A DNA stretch of 57,050 nucleotides, counting the filler, from Dugesia japonica (taxonomy: Eukaryota): NCBI GenBank assembly GCA_001938525.1. It is 6 parts of 6 records of this genome, joined end to end, with 100 filler letters (N's around TTAATTAATTAA, not from the genome) between each part and the next. Parts side by side here need not be neighbours in the genome. Positions count along the whole stretch, not along the records: positions 38,383 to 48,461 come from MQRL01593532.1; positions 48,562 to 57,050 come from MQRL01641191.1; 4 more parts are not named here. One strand, given 5' to 3'. Under the pieces are notes generated by a model. It had not been told where the DNA came from and did not search any database. It worked only from the letters and a program-made list of their open reading frames with translations. This document shows, piece after piece, positions 38,383 to 49,289 of this stretch. The first letter of the stretch is position 1; each line of letters begins with the position of its first letter. Both the position numbers and the translations under genes were made by a program.

Positions 38383-39360
38383 CTATTTTACCTAATTTTC
38401 TTTTGAGCCATCTAATTCTTTAATTTAATTTATTATATTTCTAATATTTAATCAATCTTCGTTTTCGCAAAAACTTAATAGTTCTTTATTTATTTTTTTT
38501 CAGCGTTTTACCTCAGATTATGTTCGATATTTTCTTGTGTCTTCTGATTTCGCTTATTATTCATTTTCTTTTGTTTTATCAAGTAATCATTTCTTTGTAT
38601 TTCTTCAATTAATATTTCTTTTATTTCTGATTATTTTCTTTCCTTTTATTTATTCTATTATTACTCATTTATTTATTTGGTTCTCAGTTTTTTATCAATC
38701 TCTTGAGGCCGTTTTAGCCCAACAAATTCACTTAAATTTTTTTATATTCTTTTTCATTTACAATACGTTAAAATATTTAGCTCTCGTAATTTTCTGGTCT
38801 CATTATTAGATTTTTCTGTTTTCCTGTTGCTTCGATTAAACTAGTCGAACATTTATGATATTTTTATGGATACTAATTAATTATTTTGACCTACAACAAA
38901 TTCCCTGTGTAGTTGCATGAACTTGATCATAAATCAATAGTCAACCAGAAATACTACCCATTCATTTATCTATTCATTTTGAGTATGAGTTAACATTTAT
39001 CGAAGTAATTAATAAAATTCTCATACAAATGCATAGTAAAATTTTGAAGGTCTATTGTAAAATACAATGCCGTCCATATGTTTTGGGCCAAATTTTTTGA
39101 AAATATAAAATAAAAATGTCAAACTTATTTAATAATTTAAAATATGATGAAAAATTAAAGAAANNNNNNNNNNNNNNNNNNNNNNNNNNNNNNNNNNNNN
39201 NNNNNNNNNNNNNNNNNNNNNNNNNACAAATAAAAACTGAAAGTAAAATCTTGAAAGAAAATATAGAAGAAATAAAAAATGTAGTTTTTATTAATATTTT
39301 AGTAATCGTAATCGTATGTAATCGAATAGTAAAGGTATTGTAAAATATTTTATTAATAAA

Positions 39361-39723
39361 ATGGATAGTGATTTTTATAAACTCCTAAAAAGTTATAATT
39401 TTATTGAAAACCCTATTTCTAAGTTTTGTAAACAAAATAATGTAAATGAAAAAACAGTAAAATATTTAAGAGAATTTAATATTCCTTATAATCGAAAAAA
39501 CACCCCAAAGGGACCCATTAAAATTCCAGAAAGAGATGTTAATGGTCAATATAAATCTTTAATAAAACGGTTTGATAAAACTTCTATTAGACCCATACAA
39601 AATCCCGTTAGACTAGATCAAAATCCCATTATAGATTATCGAAACATGAGTAATGATGACTTTATAAAATGTATGGAAAAAACTGTTCGCGCTAGCGCAA
39701 ACGAAGTGCAAAGAAAGTTATAA
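39361..39723 (+). CDS. Hypothetical protein, possible N-terminal HTH
   Basis: Intact 120-aa ORF; ISKFCKQNNVNEKTVKYL resembles an HTH. Confidence 0.45.
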   Translation: MDSDFYKLLKSYNFIENPISKFCKQNNVNEKTVKYLREFNIPYNRKNTPKGPIKIPERDVNGQYKSLIKRFDKTSIRPIQNPVRLDQNPIIDYRNMSNDDFIKCMEKTVRASANEVQRKL

Positions 39724-39805
39724 TATATTAAATTTATCTTTAGAAAAAGGGAAACAAAAATTAATCTTGATAATAATATTAATTTTCAACATTAATTTTT
39801 TAAAA

Positions 39806-41153
39806 ATGATGTTTTGAGAATTTCACCATCATTTGGTTCAATTAATAATTTAATGTCTTCTGGTGATATTACTTTTCAATCTTTACAATCTTCAAATCCA
39901 TTAGATATTTGTAATTCAATGTTGTATTTTAAAGTAGAGATAACTGTTTCAGATAAAGATAAAATAACTTTAGAAAATAATTGGTTTCCAAGGTTATTTA
40001 AAACAATGAGATTAACTTTAGGATCTTCAAATGTAGAAATAATTAATGATCCAAGAATTTCATCTACAATATTAAATTTTGTAACAACTAGTTCAAATTA
40101 TAAAAAGATTTATGGAGAATTATTTGGATGGATTCCTGATGCAAATGATGATGATTTAGATGCTACTAGTTGGAATGCAAATACTGGTTTTTTTAAAAGA
40201 AAGAAACTTTATAATTCAAAAAATAAATTTAAAGGTTATTTTCCTTTGAAAAATTTATTTTATTTTTTACAATGTTACAATCGATTATTATATAATAAAA
40301 TGATTGAATTTACTTGTAATTGACAAATGAATGATAATTTAATATTTTATGGAGGTGCAAGTGCAACTGCTACTTTAAAATTAATGACTCTAGAANNNNN
40401 NNNNNNNNNNNNNNNNNNNNNNNNNNNNNNNNNNNNNNNNNNNNNNNNNNNNNNNNNNNNNNNNNNNNNNNNNNNNNTTTCATTTTTAAATAGAATTACC
40501 TCAAAAACGACTTTAGATTCAGGAAATTATTATTCAGTTAAACTGAGTAATTTAACTTAAAAACCAAGATATATATTTATTGTAATAAAAGATTCAGAAA
40601 TTTCATTTCAAAAGAGTAATAATTTATTTATTCAAAGAGTAACAAAAACTGTAAAGAAAAAGATGGGAAAACTTCTCCTGGTGAAATAGAAGAAACTACT
40701 TATCCTAATCTTAAAAGTATTCAAGTACAATTAATTATTTTATAACTACTATTATTGTGAGAATAATTGTTGGACTTAACCATTGATCACATTTGAGATT
40801 TCATTAAAATAAGAAAAAGGTTACAATTAAACAATACATATTATCCTATCAATGAATGTAAATTTAATATTAAAAATTATGAAATGATTTTTCCATATTT
40901 AAATTATATAAATTGTTGTAAAGACTTTTTAACAGAACCACAATTATCTCTTCAAGAGTTTGGGAATTTGTACCCAATCTTTTGTTTTGANNNNAGTTCC
41001 CAAGATGATAAATTAAATATAAATACCGTAGATATAACTTTACATATAACTAAAGATACTGATTTTAAAGGTAGTTTATGTTGGTGTATTTTAAAAGAAA
41101 AACATATTGAAATTAAATTATCAAATAGTAAAATTGTAATTATTGAAAATTAA
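39806..41153 (+). pseudogene. Double jelly-roll major capsid protein (family B)
   Basis: TLENNWFPRLF...VEIINDP..SSTI, FPLKNLFYF, KPRYIF, QVQLNNTYYP, LYPIFCF; stops, frameshifts and one insertion. Confidence 0.85.
40735..40821. mobile_element. 87-bp insertion in the MCP gene, same family as 41420-41735
   Basis: 9-bp TSD TACAATTAA (40726-40734, 40822-40830); 40759-40788 identical to 41441-41470. Confidence 0.8.
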
Positions 41154-41419
41154 CGAGGAGAAAGTTATGTTTAGAGTTTAAGTTTAAAAATCAAACATTT
41201 AAATTTTAAATAAAATGGATAATAAATATATTTGTGAAAATTGTAAGAAAATATTACTTAGAAACAACAAAGCTAGACATTTACGAATTTGTTTATAGAA
41301 TATTCAAACTAATAGTGGTGGCGGCTTTCAATCTTCTAAAGTTACTTCATTATTATTAAAACCATTTACTTAGGAAAAATATCCAGGTGAAAGACATTTG
41401 TTTAAACATAATTACACAG

Positions 41420-41735
41420 TTTTACAATTGCAATTATTACGAGAATAATTGTTGGACTTAACCATTGATCGTTTTATAGAATTCATTTAATATAAAAGCT
41501 TTGATCAAAATTTAGGTTTTAATTATTGATATTGGATAACAATTTAATATTTTGACCTTGACTTTGTCAGGAATTGACTTTTTTCTGTCAATTCCAAAGT
41601 CAATCAATTCAAAAGTCAATTCCTGACGAAGACAAGGTCGAAATATCGAATTGTTATCCAATATCAATAATTAAANNNNNNNNNNNNNNNNNNNNNNNNN
41701 NNNNNNNNNNNNNNNNNNNNNNNNNTATTAAATGA
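41420..41735. mobile_element. Penelope-like element fragment forming a fold-back inverted repeat
   Basis: 12-bp TSD ATAATTACACAG (41408-41419, 41736-41747); arms ~41483-41584 and 41611-41735; contains a hammerhead motif. Confidence 0.7.
41617..41653 (+). ncRNA. Minimal type I hammerhead ribozyme
   Basis: CAATTC-CTGACGA-A-GAC AAG GTC-GAAA-TA-TC-GAATTG: stem I CAAUUC/GAAUUG, CUGANGA and GAAA cores, stem II GAC/GUC, AUC cleavage triplet. Confidence 0.75.
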
Positions 41736-43332
41736 ATAATTACACAGGTTCCGGAACAAGATTAGATTTAAGATTAGACGAAAATAATAATCCTAAATCC
41801 GGAGAAGAACCAATTAATAGAATAGATGAAGCGGCTTTAAAACATGATTTATCTTACAAATCTGAAAATTTAAGAGATAGACATTTAGCCGATGTAAATT
41901 TAATTCTTGATTTGAATAATATTCCTAATCCTAGTATTTCAAAAAAAATACAAAGAAGTTTAGTAAAATTAGCAATGAAAGGTAAAATCGTCACCGGAGG
42001 CTCCTTGACCGAAGGGATCGTTTTAGGAGCTGCATTAAGTTCAAATAAAGAAATATTAGCAAATGAATTACATCATGAATATAGAAAACCAAAACATTTT
42101 CTAAAAGTTATAATAAAAGAAAAAGATAATACTTGGGGTTGTGATATTATTGACATGGTTAAAAAATCTTCCGAGGGTCGCGAAGCTCAAGCCGGAGGTG
42201 GATTTAGATATATTTTAGTTTGTATTTATTTATACTCTAGATTTGGTTTTTGTGTATCAATGAAAAATAAAAATCAAGAATCATTAAAAGAGAAGCTTAT
42301 GAAAAAATATTTGAAGAAAATAATCGAATTCCTGATTATATTTGGTTTGACAAAGAATCAGCAATTAGATCAAAATACTTTTATAAATTTCTTTAAAAAA
42401 ATGATATTAATTTATACCATACAGAGAATGAAGGTAAATCAGTTTTTGCTGAAAGATTTATAAGAACTTTAACAACTAAAATGTGGAAATACTTTACATT
42501 AGTTGGTAACCAAAAATGGAATAATATTTTATTACAAAAAATTGTAAATGATTATAATAATACAATTCATAGTTCTATTAAAGTAACTCCAAAAAGAAGC
42601 TAGTGAAAATCCTGAAAGCATAAAAGAAATAATTGAAGATTATAACCATGAAAATGATTCAATATCATTTAAACAAAAATTTAAAATTGGAGATCGAGTT
42701 AGAATCTTTAAGTATAAATATAAATTTGAAATAGGTTTTACGGCTAAGTGGACAAATGAAATATTTGTTGTAATCCAAGTTTATAAAACAAAACCATTTA
42801 CTTATGGAATTACTGATTTAGAAAATAAAAAGATTTTAGGTAGATTTTAGGATAATGAACTTCAAAAAAAAGTTATATAAATTTAAAATTAATAAATCAA
42901 TACTGTTTAAATTTATTTTAGAAGGTTGTTTAGAAAAAGAATTTATTGAAATTGTTAACAAAGAATTAAGTAAAATTGATAAACAAGAGTTAAAAAAAGA
43001 ATTAAAAGAAACCATAAAAAGTGAGTTATTAATTCTAACTGATAAATAAATCCAAAGGATTCAAATAAAAAGAAAAAAACAAGAATTTAAAAAAAGAAGC
43101 CCAAAAGGAGTCAATAGAAAAAAGAAATAATTTAGGAAATCCACCAGAGTGGTTTTGGAGATGGATAATTGTAGATAGTTGTAGAGATAAATATAAAAAT
43201 ATGTCATCTGAACAATCAGAAGAAGTTTATAATATGTTAATCAACCATTTCAAAAATTTTAATTTCACTAATATGGATTTATATAGTATAAGTATATAAA
43301 ATTTAGTATTAAATAAGTTAAATAAATCTTAT

Positions 43333-43632
43333 ATGAAAGATAGTGCAGAAAAAATAAAAACAGAACATTCTATTGATGATACAATAATTTCTGATTATAA
43401 AAATATAATCCCACAAGAACCTGTTTATCTTCAACAAGTTTTAGATTATGTTAATAATAAATATAATGATAAAGAAAAAAAGGATAAAGCAATAACAGAA
43501 ATAAGTAAATTATTAATTTATATTAATGGAAATTTTAATGATTATAATTTAGAACCGTTTAGTATATTTGTATTAAATTTTGTAGTATATAATTTTGTTA
43601 TTGATGGTGATTACGATCATTTCTGGGAATAA
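43333..43632 (+). CDS. Hypothetical protein of family B element (likely 3' part of a longer disrupted ORF)
   Basis: 99-aa ORF, co-oriented, no recognised motif. Confidence 0.35.
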   Translation: MKDSAEKIKTEHSIDDTIISDYKNIIPQEPVYLQQVLDYVNNKYNDKEKKDKAITEISKLLIYINGNFNDYNLEPFSIFVLNFVVYNFVIDGDYDHFWE

Positions 43633-43669
43633 TGGATTTTTATAAATTTTAAATTAATAAAAATTTAAA

Positions 43670-43927
43670 ATGGGAATTACACAAAATTCTAAACCTTCTA
43701 CTGAAAATAAAAAAGAAGAGCTAACAAAAGGAAATGATATTGAAAAAGAAGAGCTAACGCAAGCGGAATGTAATAAAAACCCACCTAAAACATTTTGGAA
43801 GGGGTTAACACCTGATACTTCTGAATATATGTCAAAAGAACAAATAGATGAAATTCAATTTTACAATAACGTAAATTTTATAANATATGGGTATGACAAA
43901 TGTAGCTTTATTAAATATGAGTGTTAG
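43670..43927 (+). CDS. Hypothetical protein with possible N-myristoylation start (MGITQNS)
   Basis: Co-oriented ORF with duplicated KEELT. Confidence 0.35.
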   Translation: MGITQNSKPSTENKKEELTKGNDIEKEELTQAECNKNPPKTFWKGLTPDTSEYMSKEQIDEIQFYNNVNFIXYGYDKCSFIKYEC

Positions 43928-44004
43928 TAAATTAGCTAATGATTACCCCAAAGGGACCCATAAAAGAAAATAGTAATAAATCTTAATTTTTTTATTTAAA
44001 AAAA

Positions 44005-44732
44005 ATGACACAGCTAATCTGGAATAAAAATAAAAATATATTTAATAATAAAATCTTTCCATCTAATTTAAGATTATTATTAATTGGTTCTTCTGGATCT
44101 GGTAAAAATGTTTTATTATTGAAAATGTTATTAACTCCTGTTTTTTTAGATTATGATACTTTGATAATTTATTCTACAACTATAAATCAATTTGAATTAC
44201 AATTACTTTATCATGGTTTTGAAAATTGATTAACAAAAGAAGATATTATTTTTATTTTTGAACATCAAAATATAATTACTGACTCTTTAATATTTCCATT
44301 ACAGGTTATTGAATGGTATATTAAAAAATATTCACTAAAAAACTCAAGATTAGAAAATGTAATTTTAAGTAATAAACCAAATGGAATTATTCCTTGTGAT
44401 AAATTATCGAAAGATAAAAAGAATTTAATGGTTTTTGATGATGTTGTTAATGAAAAAAATCAAGAAGTTCAAAAAAGTTATTTTACTAGAGGAGGACATG
44501 AAAATTGCAATGTAATTTATATTTCTAAAACTTATTTTCATTTAGATAAAACCTCTAATAGAAATAATTCCAATTGTTTTATATTTTTTAAATTAAATAA
44601 AACCGATAAAGATAATGTTTATTATGATTTATTTAGTAATATATTTTCTAGTAAAATGAAATATGATTATGAAGTTAATTTACATTGGAAAACAAAGTAT
44701 AATTATTATTATTTAGATAGAGAAGCTGAAGT
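44005..44732 (+). pseudogene. A32-like packaging ATPase (family B)
   Basis: LLIGSSGSGK (Walker A), MVFDD (Walker B), YFTRGGHENCNVIYIS; in-frame stop at 44227. Confidence 0.92.
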
Positions 44733-44834
44733 NNNNNNNNNNNNNNNNNNNNNNNNNNNNNNNNNNNNNNNNNNNNNNNNNNNNNNNNNNNNNNNNNNNN
44801 NNNAATTCAAATAAAAGTAAATCTGTAAAAATTA

Positions 44835-45308
44835 ATGGTAAAAACTATTGGATTGGTAAACAAGTTAAAGAAGAAATTAACAAAATTAAAGATAATTCCT
44901 TTATTAGGATTAATTCCTGATATAATTGCTTGTTTAGCAGGTGCAGCTGGTGCCGCTTCTGCTATTGCTAATAATTCAAGAGATGCAATTAAAAAGCAAA
45001 AAGAAACTGAATTAGTAGAATTACAGAAAAAAGAATTCATTGACATTCATGACAGAAGGGAATTAGAAAATAAAATTAAAAAAGAAATCGAATTATTAGA
45101 TAAAGATATTGCTTCAAAGAAACAAGGAAGTGGACTTTACTTGAAACCTTATCAAGGAAGTCCAATTCATAAATATTTTAAAAGCAGTTTACCTAATTCA
45201 GAGTTGAAGTTGATTACTAAAAACTTTAAAAATGGAATACAAGTTAAAATAAAAGTAGATGGTTTATATTTAAAACCTTCTGAAAATCCTCATGAAAATC
45301 CTAAATAA
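44835..45308 (+). CDS. Polinton virion core / membrane-active protein
   Basis: IIPLLGLIP..LAGAAGAASAIAN helix and repeated G.GLYLKP motif. Confidence 0.7.
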   Translation: MVKTIGLVNKLKKKLTKLKIIPLLGLIPDIIACLAGAAGAASAIANNSRDAIKKQKETELVELQKKEFIDIHDRRELENKIKKEIELLDKDIASKKQGSGLYLKPYQGSPIHKYFKSSLPNSELKLITKNFKNGIQVKIKVDGLYLKPSENPHENPK

Positions 45309-45309
45309 A

Positions 45310-46010
45310 ATGGACAGTGAACAAATAACAGAAAGAATAAAACTTTTGAAAGAATTAATTAAAGCTCAAGATAATTATGATCATTTATTTACTAGAAATT
45401 TAATCGAAGCATGAACTTTACAAGATACTTTAACTATTCAACAACAACCTATTATTAAAGCAATTGAAAAATTAGATGATAAACTTACAAACCCCTTTAA
45501 AAATAGAATACTATTCTTTTCAAGTACTATTATAAATACTGAATTTTTAAAAGTTTCAACAGTTATACCCATATTTAAAACTGAAGTTATTAATGATAAA
45601 AACTTTCAAAAAATAATTTATCCTAATTATAAAAGTTCTCTAACAGAAATATATTTATTTGAAGAGAATGGGGGAAAATACTTTGAAAATAATAAAAAGG
45701 TAATTCCTTATTCTGAAGGGTTAATGAATTATTTAATTTTAGGAGATGGAAGTAATGATCCTAAAGCAATTGATATTTATTTAAATAAATTTAATATTAC
45801 ATTTCATCATCAAAATAAATATTATAAATTTTTAATTGGGGAGAAGTTAAAAAAGAAGTTCCTGTTGAAAAAGAAATTCAAAAGGGACCCATTAAAGGTG
45901 AAGGTTTAAATCGCGACCTAATAACTTTGGTTGAAAGATTAACATTATTAATTTCAGCTGTAAAAGCTGGACATAATAATTTAGAACAAGAAATTAAATC
46001 TGTTTGTAAA
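45310..46010 (+). pseudogene. Conserved Polinton structural-module protein
   Basis: QQPIIKAIEKL, YSEGLM, C-terminal GEGL...LVERLTLLISAVKAGHNNLEQEI. Confidence 0.6.
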
Positions 46011-46084
46011 NNNNNNNNNNNNNNNNNNNNNNNNNNNNNNNNNNNNNNNNATGTTTATAAAAATAAATACTTTACCTAAAGAAA

Positions 46085-46423
46085 ATGTCTCATCAATTTT
46101 TAGTTGTTGGGAAAGAGTCTGATCTTAAGGTTAACTTAAGATTTCGTCCACTGACTACAATTATTAATTTTCAAAATTCAAATCAAAAAGGAACTCATTG
46201 GGTTGCTTTTTACGAGGGTTATTATTTTTATTCTTATGGTTTAAAACCATTTAAAGAAATAGAAAAACATGTAATTGTTTATAATAAAAATCAGGTTCAA
46301 CCTTCTGGAACAAGTATTTGTGAAGTCTTATGTTTATATTTTTTATATTCACTTACATTCCCCAAAGGGCCCCAAGAATTTGATGAAATAATTAATGAAT
46401 TATATATTACTTTAAATAAATAA
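46085..46423 (+). pseudogene. Adenain-like maturation cysteine protease
   Basis: IINFQNSNQKGTHWVAF, YFYSYG (catalytic Asp replaced by Tyr), QVQ, SICEVLCLYFL. Confidence 0.88.
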
Positions 46424-47576
46424 ATGAATTTTTGTGGAGAAACATTAAATAGTCAAAATAATACAGAAATATTAAAACTTGTTTCTGCTAAATTAAAATT
46501 AGAATCTATTAGTAATGAATCAAGGTTTTTTAATGAAAGTGGTGATGCAATTACTAATTTAAAAATTATTAATGAACCTAAAAACGAGCTAGATGCAGTT
46601 AATTTAAAATATTTTAGTAAATTAGAACAAAAAGTATCTGAGCTTAAAAATCAATTATTAAATCAAATTATTTATATTCAACAACTTTTGGAGAGTAATA
46701 AAACTTAGATTAAAAATAAAGCTGATTTAATTATTAAAATAAATAATATCAAAAGGGATTTATTTAATTCACAAGTGAATACTGATAAAAATATTAATGA
46801 TTTTAAAAAAGAAATCGTAAAACTAACAAAAGAAATTAATAATTTATCAAGTACTTGTTCACCTGAAAAATTTAATAAAATTAATTTAGAATTGGAAAAC
46901 TATCGAAACAAATCGAATTGTTAAATAATCCTTTAATTACTTTAGAACAAAAATTTAATAAAATAAAACAAGATCTTCATATTGATCGTGTTAATGAAAT
47001 TAATGATTATATTATGAAAATAAAACCCAGGTCGCGAAGCTCCAAAATAAACTTTATAGACAAAACCTGTTAAACAAGATAAGAGAAATAATTGATAATT
47101 ATTTTCCTTACTCAAATAAAATAAATTTTACTAAAAACCCTAAAGGGCCATACTCCAAAATACTTTTTAGATTAACCACTTTATTTAGCAAGAATGATTC
47201 CAACGGCTTCCCATTACCATGTCATTCTGGATTAACTCCATTTTAAATAAAAAGAAAAGGAATATTTAAATCTTTTACTACTAAAGGAAAAGCATATAAA
47301 TATTATTTTCTTGAAGAACCATTAGAACTTTATTTTTATTTAAAAAAACCATTAGAACAAATACATTTATTATTTAATGGATATACTGATTTACATCTTT
47401 TTCCAATTTATATAATGATTAATAATGCTCTAGAAGAACATCAATTCACATTTACTAAAAAACAGTTATTTCGTCTTACTATGAATATTAATCCCAACGG
47501 GTCCAATCGAAGGATAGAAAGAATTACTTTAATTTTTCCAGCAAACGTTTATATAAACGTTTATATATTCACTTAA
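46424..47576 (+). pseudogene. Fibre-like protein (DAxN repeat, coiled coil, C-terminal beta-rich region)
   Basis: EPKNELDAVNLKY resembles the P....DA.NK.Y fibre motif; long heptad-rich stretch with stops and frameshifts. Confidence 0.5.
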
Positions 47577-47589
47577 ACACATAACTTAA

Positions 47590-47880
47590 AATTTTTTTTG
47601 TTTGAATAAAATTTTTCTTTGTTTGTTTAAATAAATAATTTTTTTGTTTTAATAATTTTATTTTGTTTAAATAAATTTTTCTTTGTTTCTTTAAATAAAT
47701 TTTTTTTTGTTTAAATAAATTTTATTTTGTTTTAATAATTTTATTTTGTGTAAATAAATTTTTTTTTGTTTGAATGAAATTTTTTGTTTAAATTAAATTT
47801 TTTTTTGTTTGTTTAAATAAATTTTTTTTGTTTGTTTAAATAAATTTTTTTTTGTTTGTTTAAATAAAAATTTTTTTTCT
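47590..47880 (+). repeat. ~21-27-bp tandem array TTTTTTGTTTGTTTAAATAAATT
   Basis: About 12 visible units. Confidence 0.85.
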
Positions 47881-48461
47881 ATTTAAGTTTACGTAACTTA
47901 TTAAAGTCTTTGGTAAACTTGCATTCTAACTGAACTTTTTTTCCCTACACACACATGAAACATCTTAACAAAATTAAGACGAACCAATGATAATATAATA
48001 TGAATGATAATAAACCAATTCTCATTTCATTGTTTTTTTTCGAATTAAAATAAAAATGAATCCGGATCAATTTCAATGGAGGCACGCTGTCGTGGGTACG
48101 TGTAATGAGCAAGCAGTGGTAACATTATTTTTTCTTTTTAAATGCAATTTTTTTTTGTTTTTTATTAATATTTTTTATTTTTTTTTTAAATTTTTAAAAT
48201 TTTTTTTTTAGTTTTTTTTTATTTGTCAAATTTTTTAAAAATTTGATACAATACTAAAGAAAACAAAATATCTGGTTACATTATAAATTTTTTTTTAGAA
48301 TTTACCAACTAAACTATATATAATCACAAACCAAAATTATTGATATTTTTTTATTTAAATTTTTTTTTGGTAATTTTAGTTTATTTGGAATTTTTTGTTT
48401 TCGGAAAATTATTATTATTATTTTTTTGTATTTAAAAATATTATCGAGTGACACATCAATG

Positions 48462-48561
48462 NNNNNNNNNNNNNNNNNNNNNNNNNNNNNNNNNNNNNNN
48501 NNNNNTTAATTAATTAANNNNNNNNNNNNNNNNNNNNNNNNNNNNNNNNNNNNNNNNNNNN
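48462..48561. other. Artificial assembly linker
   Basis: N44-TTAATTAATTAA-N44. Confidence 0.97.
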
Positions 48562-48658
48562 GTCCGATTTCTTCATTTTCCTTTCTTATGTGGATTTTTC
48601 GAATTTCGTGCTTACTTACGCCATTCTATTTGCCTAAATCCGGTGTTTCACCCCAACA
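48562..48658. mobile_element. LTR end related to the solo LTR at 25056-26366
   Basis: GGTGTTTCACCCCAACA identical to 26350-26366. Confidence 0.65.
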
Positions 48659-49289
48659 CTATTATAGTTAAAATAATAATGGTTGTATTTTTTTATACCT
48701 TCCATTTTTCTAAAATCAAAAAATCAATAAAATTAAAAATTAAAAAATCAAACCAACAGCCCAAGTAGATGTAAAAATGCGTTCGCCTGCGATTTTGTTT
48801 TTTTATATTTACAATATTTTATCCCACTATTTTATCCCATATATTATATNTGTTCGTGAAAAAAGGGTAAAACCTTGGTAGGAGAACGCATTTTTAAAAG
48901 TACTTACGTCCAACAATTATTCTTGCAAAAAATACAATTGTAAAACAAGTTTCAGATCCTAATAAACGTCATATCGCGGAATATCAAAAATGATATGTTG
49001 GTTGAAGCAGCAAAAGCGTTGTTGGAAATCAAATGCATCATTGGTAAATATTTATTAATTTTTTTTCTAATATATTTTACAGTTTTTAAAAAATATTATT
49101 TTTTAATAGGTATTCCAAGAAAGAAGTTAATTTCTGAAAAAGAGAAAATCAGTAAAACAGATAAATGGATACCAAACGGAATAAAACTCAAAATCGGTGA
49201 TCACCGAAGACAGNAAGATTCTTCATTCTGGACTACATTTTTAAATAGTGGATCTTTACACGCAGTAATATAATTGATTGAAGCAGAAA

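Larger units (their letters stand above)
41215..42880 (+). pseudogene. C2HC zinc finger - parvovirus-type phospholipase A2 - RVE integrase fusion
   Basis: YICENCKK...RHLRIC; HNYTGSGTRLDLRL...INRIDEAALKHDLSY...RHLAD; ELHH, DIIDM, YILV, WFDKES, AERFIRTL, YNNTIHSSIKVTP, FKIGDRVRI, WTNEIF. Confidence 0.88.
39100..47880 (+). mobile_element. Polinton/adintovirus-like element family B (MCP, ZnF-PLA2-integrase, ATPase, core proteins, protease, fibre-like)
   Basis: Compact co-oriented viral gene array whose proteins differ clearly from family A. Confidence 0.9.

Noticed and set aside
38383-38900. Phe/Leu-rich ORF 38537-38809 as a membrane protein
   Set aside because: Low-complexity T-rich DNA similar in composition to the solo LTR interior
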